Origin: Patescibacteria group bacterium
GTDB lineage: Bacteria; Patescibacteriota; Patescibacteriia; UBA9934
Reading direction: 5' to 3'
Length of the DNA: 64,000 nt
Assembly (NCBI GenBank): GCA_041661425.1
Contig: JBAZUI010000003.1
Coordinates: 10,446-74,445 of the forward strand
Made by a program: the position numbers and the translations under genes. Below the pieces are notes generated by a model. The model saw nothing but the letters and a program-made list of their open reading frames with translations, did not search any database and had not been told where the DNA came from. Below, piece by piece: positions 54,452 through 63,687 of this stretch (position 1 is its first letter; each line of letters starts with the position of its first letter).

Positions 54452-55453
54452 ATGGTACGTATTGCCATCAATGGGTTTGGCCGGATTGGACGCCAGGCGT
54501 TCAAGGCGGGTTTTGGGCGTGAAGACGTCCAATTTGTCGCGATCAATGATTTGGGTGCGCCGGAAATCCTCGCCCATCTTTTGAAATACGATACGCAGTA
54601 CGGCGTTTGGGATGTGCCCATTGAGGCCAAGAAAAATCTCCTCAAGGTTGATGGAAAAAAGATTCAAGTCTTTTCGGAAAAAGATCCGGCAAATCTCCCG
54701 TGGAAAAAATTGAACGTCGATATTGTGATTGAATCAACCGGCGTTTTTCTCACAGAAGATGATTGTTTGCCGCATCTTGTGGCCGGCGCAAAACGTGTGA
54801 TCATCTCTGCGCCAGCCAAGGGCGGGCATGTGCCGACTTATCTCGTTGGCGTCAATACCGAAAAGCTCGAAAATGATTTTTCACGCATCATTAATTGCGC
54901 CTCGTGCACCACGAATTGTGTGGCCCCGATGCTTGCCGTTCTCGATGAAGCGTTTGGGATTAAGAAAGCCATGATGACCACTATCCACAGCTATACCTCA
55001 AATCAAAATCTCGTGGACGGTCCGCACAAGGATCCTCGCCGGGCTCGTGCCGCTGCCATGAATATGATTCCAACGAGCACGGGAGCGTCGGAAGCGACCG
55101 CGGATATTTTTCCAAATCTTACGGATCGTTTTGACGGTCTTTCCATTCGTATTCCGCTTCCGGTTGTTTCGTTAACGGATCTTACGGTTGTTCTTAAGAA
55201 ACGAACGACTGTCGAGAAGGTCAATACCGTTTTTAAAAAAGCCTCTCGTACTCATCGTTGGGAGGGAATTCTCGGCGCAACCGAGGAACCTTTGGTTTCC
55301 TCGGATTATATCGGCGATGCGCATTCGGCTGTGGTCGATTTGCCGCTCACGCGTTTGGTGGATGGTGATCTTCTCAAGGTGACGGCGTGGTACGATAATG
55401 AATGGGGATATGCAAATCGTCTGATTGACTTGGCGGTTCTTGCTTCCAACTAG
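54452..55453 (+). CDS. gap: Glyceraldehyde-3-phosphate dehydrogenase
   Basis: INGFGRIGR, ASCTTNC, WYDNEWGY; SD GGAGG before ATG 54452. Confidence 0.98.
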   Translation: MVRIAINGFGRIGRQAFKAGFGREDVQFVAINDLGAPEILAHLLKYDTQYGVWDVPIEAKKNLLKVDGKKIQVFSEKDPANLPWKKLNVDIVIESTGVFLTEDDCLPHLVAGAKRVIISAPAKGGHVPTYLVGVNTEKLENDFSRIINCASCTTNCVAPMLAVLDEAFGIKKAMMTTIHSYTSNQNLVDGPHKDPRRARAAAMNMIPTSTGASEATADIFPNLTDRFDGLSIRIPLPVVSLTDLTVVLKKRTTVEKVNTVFKKASRTHRWEGILGATEEPLVSSDYIGDAHSAVVDLPLTRLVDGDLLKVTAWYDNEWGYANRLIDLAVLASN

Positions 55454-55456
55454 CGC

Positions 55457-56617
55457 ATGAATCTATCGCACCTCCCACTTTCTTCCATTAAAAAAGGCAC
55501 CCGCATTTTAATGCGGGTTGATTTTAATGTCCCGCTCAAAAATGGGAAAGTCCCGGAAGCTTCTCTTCCTCGATTGCGCGCCGTCGCCCCGGAGATTGTT
55601 GAATATACAAAGCGTGGCGCTCGCGTGATTCTTGCAACGCATCTTGGTCGACCTGATGGCCATCGCAAAACATCACTTTCAACGCATGCGCTTGTACGGC
55701 CACTCGGCACGTGTGTGGGGCAGGGGATCGAAACCGCAAGTGATATTGCGGGATCGTCCGCAAGAAAGATGGTTGAGCATTTACAGCCAGGCCGGATTGT
55801 GATGCTTGAGAATTTGCGTTTTGATGAACGCGAGGAAAAAAATAAACGCTCCTTTGCAAAAGAACTGGCGCAACTTGGGGATGTGTACGTCAACGATGCC
55901 TTTAGTGTGAGCCATCGGCCTCATGCATCTGTTTCGGCAATCACAAAGTATCTTCCGAGCTTTGCCGGGGATTTACTCACAAAGGAAGTGACGGAACTTT
56001 CAAAACCCCTCAAAGAACCGTTTGTGCTTGTGCTCGGTGGCGTGAAACTTGAAACAAAATTAGGACTCTTACTCGCTCTCGGGTCAAAGGCCGATGCGAT
56101 TCTCATGGGTGGGGGAGCTGCGGTTGTTCTTGAATCCATTCGATCAGATCGTCCGTCGCTTGCCACACATCTTTCGCCATCTTCGCATGAGATTCGCATT
56201 GGAAAGAAGATTCTTCGACGATTTCAAGATCGGTTGATACTCCCAAGCGATGCGATTCTCAAATCAACAGGAAAAAGCGAGTCTATTCACCAATTAGGGA
56301 TTGATGATTTGATGATTGATATTGGACCCAAAACGCAAAAGGCATTTGAGAAGATTATGGAAGATGCAAAAACAATCGTGTGGAATGGACCCATGGGGAT
56401 GATTGAAGATTCGCGCGCTTGTGGAGGAACAACCGCGGTATTGCGCTCCATGGTGCATTCGGAAGCACGAACCATTGCCGGCGGTGGAGATACACTCGGA
56501 TTTCTGGATGGAACAACCCTCACAAAAAAACTCTCTTTTGTTTCAACCGGCGGAGGAGCGATGCTTGCTTTTTTGGCAGGCGAACCCATGCCGGGTCTTA
56601 AACCGTTATTTGTATGA
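55457..56617 (+). CDS. pgk: Phosphoglycerate kinase
   Basis: RVDFNVP, HLGRP, LENLRF, STGGGA. Confidence 0.97.
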   Translation: MNLSHLPLSSIKKGTRILMRVDFNVPLKNGKVPEASLPRLRAVAPEIVEYTKRGARVILATHLGRPDGHRKTSLSTHALVRPLGTCVGQGIETASDIAGSSARKMVEHLQPGRIVMLENLRFDEREEKNKRSFAKELAQLGDVYVNDAFSVSHRPHASVSAITKYLPSFAGDLLTKEVTELSKPLKEPFVLVLGGVKLETKLGLLLALGSKADAILMGGGAAVVLESIRSDRPSLATHLSPSSHEIRIGKKILRRFQDRLILPSDAILKSTGKSESIHQLGIDDLMIDIGPKTQKAFEKIMEDAKTIVWNGPMGMIEDSRACGGTTAVLRSMVHSEARTIAGGGDTLGFLDGTTLTKKLSFVSTGGGAMLAFLAGEPMPGLKPLFV

Positions 56618-57882
56618 AAGATCGAATCGCAAGCATTCATGCGCAAGAAATTTTGGACTCGCGTGGAAATCCAACGGTTTATGTGACCGTGGAATTGCGT
56701 GGAGGCGTGCATGGCCATGCATCGGTTCCCTCTGGTGCTTCGACTGGAATTCATGAAGCACTTGAGCTTCGCGATGGCGACTCAAAGCGCTATCGGGGTA
56801 AAGGCGTACAAAAAGCTGTCCATCACGTGAATACGAAAATCGCGAAAGCGCTTGAGGGGAAAATCATTTTTGATCTCCCGGGCATTGATACGACAATGCG
56901 TTTACTCGATGGCACTGCTAATAAACATATCCTTGGCGCCAATGCCATTCTTGGCGTTTCCATGGCTTGCGCTCATGCGGGGGCCCGGCGCGCAAAACGT
57001 CCGCTTTATGCGTATCTTCGGGCCATCTATGGCATTGGATATAAAAAGTACACGCTCCCAACTCCGTTCTTGAATGTGTTTAATGGCGGAGCACATGCGG
57101 ATACTAATCTCGACATGCAGGAATTTATTATTATCCCGCATGCCATGAAAACATTTTCGAAAAAGTTGCAAGCCGGATCGGAGATCTATCATGCGCTTGG
57201 CGATATCCTAAAAAAAGATCATCTTGATACAGATAAGGGCGATGAAGGAGGGTATGCGCCTCATGTGGGAAAAACAGAATCTGCGCTTGAATATCTATCG
57301 AAAGCAACAAAGAAAGCTGGATATCGACTCGGAAAAGATATTGGATTTGGCATTGATATTGCGGCCAGTGAGTTTTTTGATCACAAGACTGAAAAATATA
57401 TTCTCAAAACCGATCATCGACGTTTGAGCGCCAAGGATATGATGGAATTGCTTGCAAGTTGGCAGAAGAAGTATCCATTGATGTCGATTGAAGATCCGCT
57501 CGATCAGGATGCCTGGGAAGATTGGGCTATCATCACAAAACAATTAGGAAAGAAGATGCTGATTGTGGGAGATGATTTTTTTGTGACAAATCCAGAACGC
57601 ATTCAAGAAGGAATTACAAAAAAATGCGCCAATGCGGTACTTGTGAAAATGAATCAAATCGGAACGCTCTCGGAAACAATGGAAGCGATTGATTTAGCGC
57701 AAAAACATGGATACAAAGTTGTGATCTCGCATCGATCTGGAGAAACATCAGATACCACGATTGCGGATTTGGCCGTTGCTGTGAATGCTGAATATCTTAA
57801 ATCCGGCGCCCCTTCACGATCAGAGCGTTTGGCAAAATACAATCGAGTTCTCGAAATCGAAGAAGAGTTACTTGGCCTCTAG
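56614..57882 (+). CDS. eno: Enolase
   Basis: DSRGNPTV, VPSGASTG, SHRSGET, RSERLAKYN. Confidence 0.98.
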   Translation: MKDRIASIHAQEILDSRGNPTVYVTVELRGGVHGHASVPSGASTGIHEALELRDGDSKRYRGKGVQKAVHHVNTKIAKALEGKIIFDLPGIDTTMRLLDGTANKHILGANAILGVSMACAHAGARRAKRPLYAYLRAIYGIGYKKYTLPTPFLNVFNGGAHADTNLDMQEFIIIPHAMKTFSKKLQAGSEIYHALGDILKKDHLDTDKGDEGGYAPHVGKTESALEYLSKATKKAGYRLGKDIGFGIDIAASEFFDHKTEKYILKTDHRRLSAKDMMELLASWQKKYPLMSIEDPLDQDAWEDWAIITKQLGKKMLIVGDDFFVTNPERIQEGITKKCANAVLVKMNQIGTLSETMEAIDLAQKHGYKVVISHRSGETSDTTIADLAVAVNAEYLKSGAPSRSERLAKYNRVLEIEEELLGL

Positions 57883-59130
57883 AAGTTCGTGATCATAATG
57901 CCAACCGCTCACGCGCTCGGCCATAAAGGTACCGAGGGCATTGGCGCGTTGCCAAATATGTCCGCCATAACGCTCTTGTAGACGATCGAGGGCTTGAATG
58001 GTTGCCAGTATTTTTTGGTCTTTCTTGAAAAGGGAAGTGGGGATTGGGATGTGCTCAAGTCCGGAAATTGAAACACCAAGAAGACGCACGGAACAATGTG
58101 GATCACGAATATCCTCAAGAATTTGCCAAGCGCATTTATAGATATCAAGGCCATTCCAGAGTGGGATATGAAGACGACGAATCGTCGAAACGCCGGTAAA
58201 ATCCGCATAACGCGCAAAAACAGCAATGGTCCCGCCAACGGCTTTGGCACGCCGAAGACGCCAGGAAACCTTATCGCAAAGGGCGAGAAGATTGGTTTGT
58301 AATTCAATTTCCGTGTCAAGATTTTCCGGGAAGGTATAGGAGTGACCAATTGATTTTTCCGGTTGCGGTTCTGCAAGAATCGCATTCGATCCTTTGCCTC
58401 GTGCGGCATCGTAGAGGAAATTTCCATACGATTTGAAATGCATGAGAAGGATCGGTTTTGGTGTGGCGCGCAAATCCGCAATAGATTCAATACTCAGATT
58501 TTTAAGGCGTTTTGCAATGCGATGACCAATGCCGCAAATATCCTCGAGTTTCCTTGTGAGGACGAAATCCTCGACTTCGTGTGGCTGAACAACAGTGAGT
58601 CCATTTGGTTTTACCGATTCGCCTGCGAGTTTTGCAATGAGTTTATTGGGCCCGATCCCAATCGAAGCCGTGCAATATTCCCCGCAGATTTTTTTGATAT
58701 CGTCACGGATCACTTGAGCGAGCATAATCGCTCCAAAATAATCTTTTGCTGAGACGGTGATATCAGCAAAAGCTTCATCGGCACTAAATTGTTCTACCGC
58801 ATCGGTATGCTCGCGAAGAATGGCGAGAAAACGTTTTGTGATTTCCGCGTATTTGCGAGGATCGCCTGGAATAATTTGAAGATCGGGAACTATTTGTTTT
58901 GCCTCAAATGTTGACATGGCGGTTTTGACGCCAAGTTTTTTTGCTTCGCGTGAGGCCGTGGTGATGACGGATCGTTCAAACCGAAATTGCGAAACATCAT
59001 GAGCGCGACCGTCCATGGAAGCACGACCTTTGCCCGCGATGCCAATCGCCTTGCCACGCAAAAATGGATTCGCTTGTTGTTCAACAGAGGCAAAGAAAGA
59101 ATTGAAATCAACGTGAAGAATAATTGGCAT
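57868..59130 (-). CDS. dinB: Y-family DNA polymerase IV
   Basis: ILHVDFNSFFASVE, S.DEAFAD, SIGIGPNKLIAKLA, KSIGH..TF, VRLLGV. Confidence 0.95.
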   Translation of the reverse strand: MPIILHVDFNSFFASVEQQANPFLRGKAIGIAGKGRASMDGRAHDVSQFRFERSVITTASREAKKLGVKTAMSTFEAKQIVPDLQIIPGDPRKYAEITKRFLAILREHTDAVEQFSADEAFADITVSAKDYFGAIMLAQVIRDDIKKICGEYCTASIGIGPNKLIAKLAGESVKPNGLTVVQPHEVEDFVLTRKLEDICGIGHRIAKRLKNLSIESIADLRATPKPILLMHFKSYGNFLYDAARGKGSNAILAEPQPEKSIGHSYTFPENLDTEIELQTNLLALCDKVSWRLRRAKAVGGTIAVFARYADFTGVSTIRRLHIPLWNGLDIYKCAWQILEDIRDPHCSVRLLGVSISGLEHIPIPTSLFKKDQKILATIQALDRLQERYGGHIWQRANALGTFMAERVSGWHYDHELLEAK

Positions 59131-59259
59131 ATTTTCTGACGTCATTGCGAGCCTAAAAGGCGAAGCAATCTATTGATGAATTATTTTTATTCACAAGGGA
59201 CTCTTGGAATCGATGCTAAATTGTGTAATATGAGTTCATACACTCCCCATAATTTTTTT

Positions 59260-60063
59260 ATGCTTACCAAAAATGATATAAAATTATTTCGTGGGGTGAT
59301 TCGCGAAGAGTTTCAAGCTGATACATTCAAGGATGGTGTGCGTGAGGTTCTTCATGATGAAATCCGTGGAGAATTTCAGGGTGATGCGTTTAAAGATGGC
59401 GTGCGAGAGATTCTCCATAACGAGATTGGCGAGGAATTTCAGGGTGAAACATTTAAGGACAGTATCCGTGAGGTTGTGAATCATGAAATTTGCGAAGAAT
59501 TTCAAGGTGAGACGTTCAAAAATAGCATCCGGGACGTCATCGACCATGAGATTCGTGGAGAGCTTCAGGGCGAAGCATTCAAGAACAGTATGCGGGAGGT
59601 TGTGAATAACGAGCTCCGTGGAGAACTCGGAGGTGAGACCTTTAAGGATAGTATTCGTGAGGCTGTGAATCATGAGATTCGTGGAGAGCTTCAGGGCGAA
59701 GCATTCAAGAACAGTATGCGGGGGGTTGTGAATAACGAGATTCACGAGGAGCTTCAGGCTGATTCGTTTAAGAATAGTGTGCGCGAAATTGTTAACGATG
59801 AGGTTGGTGAAGTTCTTGAGAATATCGTTGTCCCACAATTTGATGGCATCTATCGTGAAATGGACGAAATAAAGAGCAAAATAAGTGTTTTAGAGGACAC
59901 GGTGGTCACAAAAGACTATTTGGATGAAAGACTTATAAATTTTAAGGAAGAATTGAACCTCCCGGCGGTATGGGTCGCGAAGCAAGTCGAGCGACTTTCA
60001 CATATGCTCTATAAAGGAGGAATTTTAACTGCTGAACAGGTCGTAGAGATCAGGACGGAATAA
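59260..60063 (+). CDS. Coiled-coil protein with eight 21-aa tandem repeats
   Basis: RGE(L/F)QGE(A/T)FKxSxREVVNHEI units; probable ATG at 59260. Confidence 0.8.
   Translation: MLTKNDIKLFRGVIREEFQADTFKDGVREVLHDEIRGEFQGDAFKDGVREILHNEIGEEFQGETFKDSIREVVNHEICEEFQGETFKNSIRDVIDHEIRGELQGEAFKNSMREVVNNELRGELGGETFKDSIREAVNHEIRGELQGEAFKNSMRGVVNNEIHEELQADSFKNSVREIVNDEVGEVLENIVVPQFDGIYREMDEIKSKISVLEDTVVTKDYLDERLINFKEELNLPAVWVAKQVERLSHMLYKGGILTAEQVVEIRTE
59302..59805 (+). repeat. Eight imperfect 63-bp coding tandem repeats
   Basis: For example CATGAGATTCGTGGAGAGCTTCAGGGCGAAGCATTCAAGAACAGTATGCGGG recurs 126 bp apart. Confidence 0.85.
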
Positions 60064-60084
60064 GGATCTCTCTTTTTGCACAAA

Positions 60085-60330
60085 TCAATCGCTATACAAC
60101 TCGACCAGACGCCATTCAAGAGTCTCGGAATCCAGTCGGAGTTTCATGAAATTGGTGTTATCGGAGACAGAAAAATAGAAAATTCTCTTTTGACCTTCGC
60201 GTGTGCTGTGAACGAGATTGAGCTGTTGGAGTGCATAGGTGTGCTGGCCCCAACGGACATGCGTTGGGCGCACGCGATTTTGTGCAAATTGAACGAGGAC
60301 GTCCACAGGGTCATTGAGAATTTCATGCAT
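60085..60330 (-). CDS. Small SOS-associated protein (DUF6504-like)
   Basis: P..VRW..HTY...YFSV...LRLD...LEWRL pattern; lies between lexA and dinB on the same strand. Confidence 0.65.
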   Translation of the reverse strand: MHEILNDPVDVLVQFAQNRVRPTHVRWGQHTYALQQLNLVHSTREGQKRIFYFSVSDNTNFMKLRLDSETLEWRLVELYSD

Positions 60331-60331
60331 A

Positions 60332-60493
60332 TTAAGAAAGGTGAAGGGTGTGGAGCAGGCGATGAATTTGTTGCTTAAAACGACGACGACTCACACGAAC
60401 CCGAAGGTGTTTTTGCCAATTGCGAAGAGTACGATCTTCGGCAAGTGTGTAGCCGAGTGTAATTTTGTAGTATCGAAGTGCTGTTTCTGACAT
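60332..60493 (-). CDS. Hypothetical 53-aa basic protein
   Basis: MSETALRYYKITLGYTLAEDRTLRNWQKHLRVRVSRRRFKQQIHRLLHTLHLS*; stop 1 nt before the next ATG; absent from the ORF track (<60 aa). Confidence 0.45.
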   Translation of the reverse strand: MSETALRYYKITLGYTLAEDRTLRNWQKHLRVRVSRRRFKQQIHRLLHTLHLS

Positions 60494-60672
60494 AAAAAAA
60501 TTATTTAGGAATAAAAAGCGACGCTGGAGGAGGAGACCAGCGTCGCGTTATGTTCTAGATATAATCCAGAACACTGACTATGGAGGCCGGATCCCTTCGG
60601 CTTCCTCGCCAGAGCAAATGCTAGGATCGTATGCATTTTGCTCTAACGAAGAGTGATTTGGGATCCGGACAA

Positions 60673-61299
60673 TTATGAATGAAATTTTCTAATCACGGCT
60701 CGAACGACTCCTTGGATATTGATGTCGCCTTTGATGATAATCGGTTGCATGGTGCTATTGGCCGGTTGTAAACGAATGTGTTTTCCTTCTCGATAGAAGC
60801 GTTTGAGTGTGGCATAGGCATTGTCGAGCAGGGCCACGACGATATCACCATTTTTTGGTGAAGGATTTCTTTCGATGACCACATAGTCTCCATCAAAGAT
60901 GCCATCTTCGATCATGGACCGACCCTTTACGCGAAGCACATAGGAGTTTCCTGGATTCACGACGAAATCCGTTGGGACGGCGATGGCTTCATTTTCTTCA
61001 ACGGCTTCGATTGGTTCGCCAGCTGTGATGAGTCCGGCAAGTGGAAGAATGATACTCATGGACGAAAGTTCTGTAACCTCGGTGAGTTCAATGGATCGTG
61101 CCGCGCCATCTTCGCCTGTATTGATGACGCCCTTTTCGCAAAGCGCTTGAACATGTTCGTGCACGGTCGACGGAGAGGCGAGCCCCATGGATTTTGCGAT
61201 CTCGCGATAAGAGGGGGTATAGCCATGTTCGCGAATGAATTGCTCGATGCAATTCAGAACTTCGCGTTGCTTTTTTGTAAGAGGCGGGAGTGATGTCAT
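60673..61299 (-). CDS. lexA: SOS repressor LexA
   Basis: LTKKQREVL..GYTPSYREI HTH; AGEP cleavage site; VKGRSM Ser; TLKR Lys; ATG at 61299. Confidence 0.97.
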   Translation of the reverse strand: MTSLPPLTKKQREVLNCIEQFIREHGYTPSYREIAKSMGLASPSTVHEHVQALCEKGVINTGEDGAARSIELTEVTELSSMSIILPLAGLITAGEPIEAVEENEAIAVPTDFVVNPGNSYVLRVKGRSMIEDGIFDGDYVVIERNPSPKNGDIVVALLDNAYATLKRFYREGKHIRLQPANSTMQPIIIKGDINIQGVVRAVIRKFHS

Positions 61300-61301
61300 A
61301 T

Positions 61302-61345
61302 CGTTCGCTTTCTGTTCCCATTTTGACCCGAACAGAAAACGAACG
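61302..61345. promoter_or_regulatory. Putative LexA operators: two inverted GTTC-N7-GTTC direct-repeat sites
   Basis: CGTTCGCTTTCTGTTC...GAACAGAAAACGAACG immediately upstream of the lexA ATG. Confidence 0.7.
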
Positions 61346-61419
61346 CAAGAGCGGGTGTGGATATCTTTTCTTTTTTGCGTGAATGTCATTATTATGTTAA
61401 TTTGTGTCCTCGATCGCCT

Positions 61420-62457
61420 ATGAAAAAAACCGTTGAAATTCCACTGCCAGGGCATCCCGATAAGGTCTGCGATCTTATTGTTGATTCGATTTTGGATGAA
61501 TATCTTCGCCGTGATGCAAAAAGTCTTGTTGATATCCAGGCTTTGGGGTCGCATGGCATGCTCATGATTGGCGGCACGGTTGAATCTCAAGCGGATTTTG
61601 ATTGCGGAGAATTGGCAAAATCAGTGTATGCGCGCCTTGGGTATGAGGATCAAATTGAACCATTCGTGAACATCAAAAGCACAGGACATCCGGAAGAAAA
61701 AAACGATGCTCACAGCGTAAGTCACGGCACCTCGATTGTGCATGGGTATGCCAGCCGTGAGACGCGTGAAATGCTTCCGCGCGTATTGGTTTACGCAAAT
61801 GCTTTAGCGCAACGCATTGATGATTTACGTCGAACCTCAGAACATTTCCATTGGATGAATCCGGACGGCAAAGTCCAGCTCACGATGGACGGTCATAAAT
61901 TTACGAGTGTGGTCGCCCATGTCCAGCATAAAAAAGAAATGGATGTCGCCCGCGTTCAGCAAGCCCTTCTGGAGCAGGTGATTATTCCCGTCTTGGGAAC
62001 GGACGAAGGAGTAAAAATTTTTGTGAATACGGCCGGGAAATTTTTCGTGGGTGGATTTGAAGGGAGCTCCGGCGCTTCGGGACGCCGATTACTTTCCGAT
62101 ACCTATGGAAGCCTTCTTCCAAGTGGCGGCGCTTATATGGCGGGTCGTGATCCGAGCCATCCCAGCCGTGCCGGAGCCTATATGGCTCGATATGTTGCAA
62201 AGAATTTGGTTCACGAAGGAGTGGCGGGAAATATTTTTCTCACGGTTGCTTACACCATTGGACAGGCAGAACCGATTTACATTGAGGCGCGATCTGGCGA
62301 TGGCAAAGATCTTTCCGAGATAGTGAAAAAACGATTTGATTTTCGTCCGGATGCGATTGTCGAGCGCTTGCATTTGCGTGAACCGTTGTATGCGCGCGTG
62401 GTGGCGTTTGGCCAGTTTGGGCGAGTTGGAATGCCGTGGGAAGCACTTGAGGAATAG
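61420..62457 (+). CDS. metK: Divergent S-adenosylmethionine synthetase homolog
   Basis: GHPDKVCD, PDGKVQ, DTYG, AYMARYVAKN, FGQFGR; several catalytic motifs altered. Confidence 0.85.
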   Translation: MKKTVEIPLPGHPDKVCDLIVDSILDEYLRRDAKSLVDIQALGSHGMLMIGGTVESQADFDCGELAKSVYARLGYEDQIEPFVNIKSTGHPEEKNDAHSVSHGTSIVHGYASRETREMLPRVLVYANALAQRIDDLRRTSEHFHWMNPDGKVQLTMDGHKFTSVVAHVQHKKEMDVARVQQALLEQVIIPVLGTDEGVKIFVNTAGKFFVGGFEGSSGASGRRLLSDTYGSLLPSGGAYMAGRDPSHPSRAGAYMARYVAKNLVHEGVAGNIFLTVAYTIGQAEPIYIEARSGDGKDLSEIVKKRFDFRPDAIVERLHLREPLYARVVAFGQFGRVGMPWEALEE

Positions 62458-62581
62458 ACTGCTCCAAAACTCGCGATCTGTTGGCTTGCGGGGCCCTGCC
62501 ATCTCCTCATCGTACCTATCCGGTACGTCTCGGAGACTGGCTGTCCCGCGCACCAACATCTCATCGAGTTTTGAAGCAGTC
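62457..62581 (+). repeat. Structured palindromic element, family A copy 3
   Basis: Abuts the metK stop codon. Confidence 0.85.
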
Positions 62582-62619
62582 CAAAGCGAGGCTGTCCTGA
62601 ATCCTGCTATAATAATCCC

Positions 62620-63366
62620 ATGCACGTACGATTTTTCTTTGCCGGAGCGTTTTTGATGATTGCCGGATTGTCGGGGTATCTTTTGATTCATCCTCAACCG
62701 GAATTTTTTGCATTTGCGGATGAGCGTAGATTTGCAACTCTCGAGGGTTCTCGGGGAGTGACGCAAACGGTCTTGCTCGAGGAGCAAGAACCGGCTGGCG
62801 GTTCCATTTTATTGGGTCCGGTGTATGCTTTTACGTCTTCGGAAATAAATGCTCGTCATCCTTTTGTTCTTTCTTTTGATTTAGGAGTTGCTCCATTCAC
62901 CATCCCAGAAGGAAAGAATCTTACGCTCTTTCACTATCTCGACGGTGCCATGATGTGGGAAGCAGTTGCATCATCGGAAGATCCTTTTACAAAGATTTTG
63001 TCAGCGGAAATCACCGAGAGCGGATATTATTCTCTCGGACTTCTTTTGGACATCTTCGCTCCAACCTATATTGATACACTCAATTCATTGCGCGCTTTAT
63101 CGCCGGAAGGGACCGTGGGATATCGCGTGAGCCAAGGTTATTCTTTGGATGGTGGGCCAATGATCACGTTTGGGGACCCCATGATCGGGGGATGTGACGG
63201 CACCTTTGATGTGGGATCGCGTTTGGAACGTTCCATGCGCTCCATCGAAACAGAAATTCTTCTCAATGACCTTTGGCAATCCGCGGAACTCTCCTATGTT
63301 GCCGAATGGTTTTTGGACGATAAATCCTGTCCCACAGAGTCCCTCGCCGAGATAAAAAGCCCGTGA
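62620..63366 (+). CDS. Hypothetical exported protein
   Basis: N-terminal hydrophobic segment; TGCTATAAT just upstream. Confidence 0.7.
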   Translation: MHVRFFFAGAFLMIAGLSGYLLIHPQPEFFAFADERRFATLEGSRGVTQTVLLEEQEPAGGSILLGPVYAFTSSEINARHPFVLSFDLGVAPFTIPEGKNLTLFHYLDGAMMWEAVASSEDPFTKILSAEITESGYYSLGLLLDIFAPTYIDTLNSLRALSPEGTVGYRVSQGYSLDGGPMITFGDPMIGGCDGTFDVGSRLERSMRSIETEILLNDLWQSAELSYVAEWFLDDKSCPTESLAEIKSP

Positions 63367-63399
63367 TATACTTTTTTTGTTAATTTTAACGGAGGAGAT

Positions 63400-63687
63400 A
63401 TGCCTAAGCGTTCGGTTAAAAAAGCTCCAAAGGGGAGTGCGACCTGTTGCAAGCCCTTAAAAGAAGATATTCATCACTATTCCGTGAAGGACATGGAGCG
63501 GGTGATGGAATCAACGGTTCCTTGCCAGCACTGTGCTCATTTTCCCATTGGAGCCACGGATCTTTTGCACCTTCTTTTAGTCTTAATCTTTACGCTCTCA
63601 GCTGTTCTCATGACCTCGGTCTATGCGCTCAATTTAGAGCAGGCAAAGGTCATTGATTTGCAAGCGGAGATCCAGGAATCTCTATGA
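63400..63687 (+). CDS. Hypothetical Cys-containing single-TM protein
   Basis: SD GGAGG; CQHC motif; TM segment. Confidence 0.65.
   Translation: MPKRSVKKAPKGSATCCKPLKEDIHHYSVKDMERVMESTVPCQHCAHFPIGATDLLHLLLVLIFTLSAVLMTSVYALNLEQAKVIDLQAEIQESL

Noticed and set aside
59302-59805. Possible CRISPR array
   Set aside because: In-frame degenerate 63-bp coding repeats with no unique spacers.
61300-61590. N-terminal extensions of lexA (and similarly gap, metK and the giant ORF) in the ORF track
   Set aside because: They overlap neighbouring genes, operators or repeats; homology begins at the downstream ATG.
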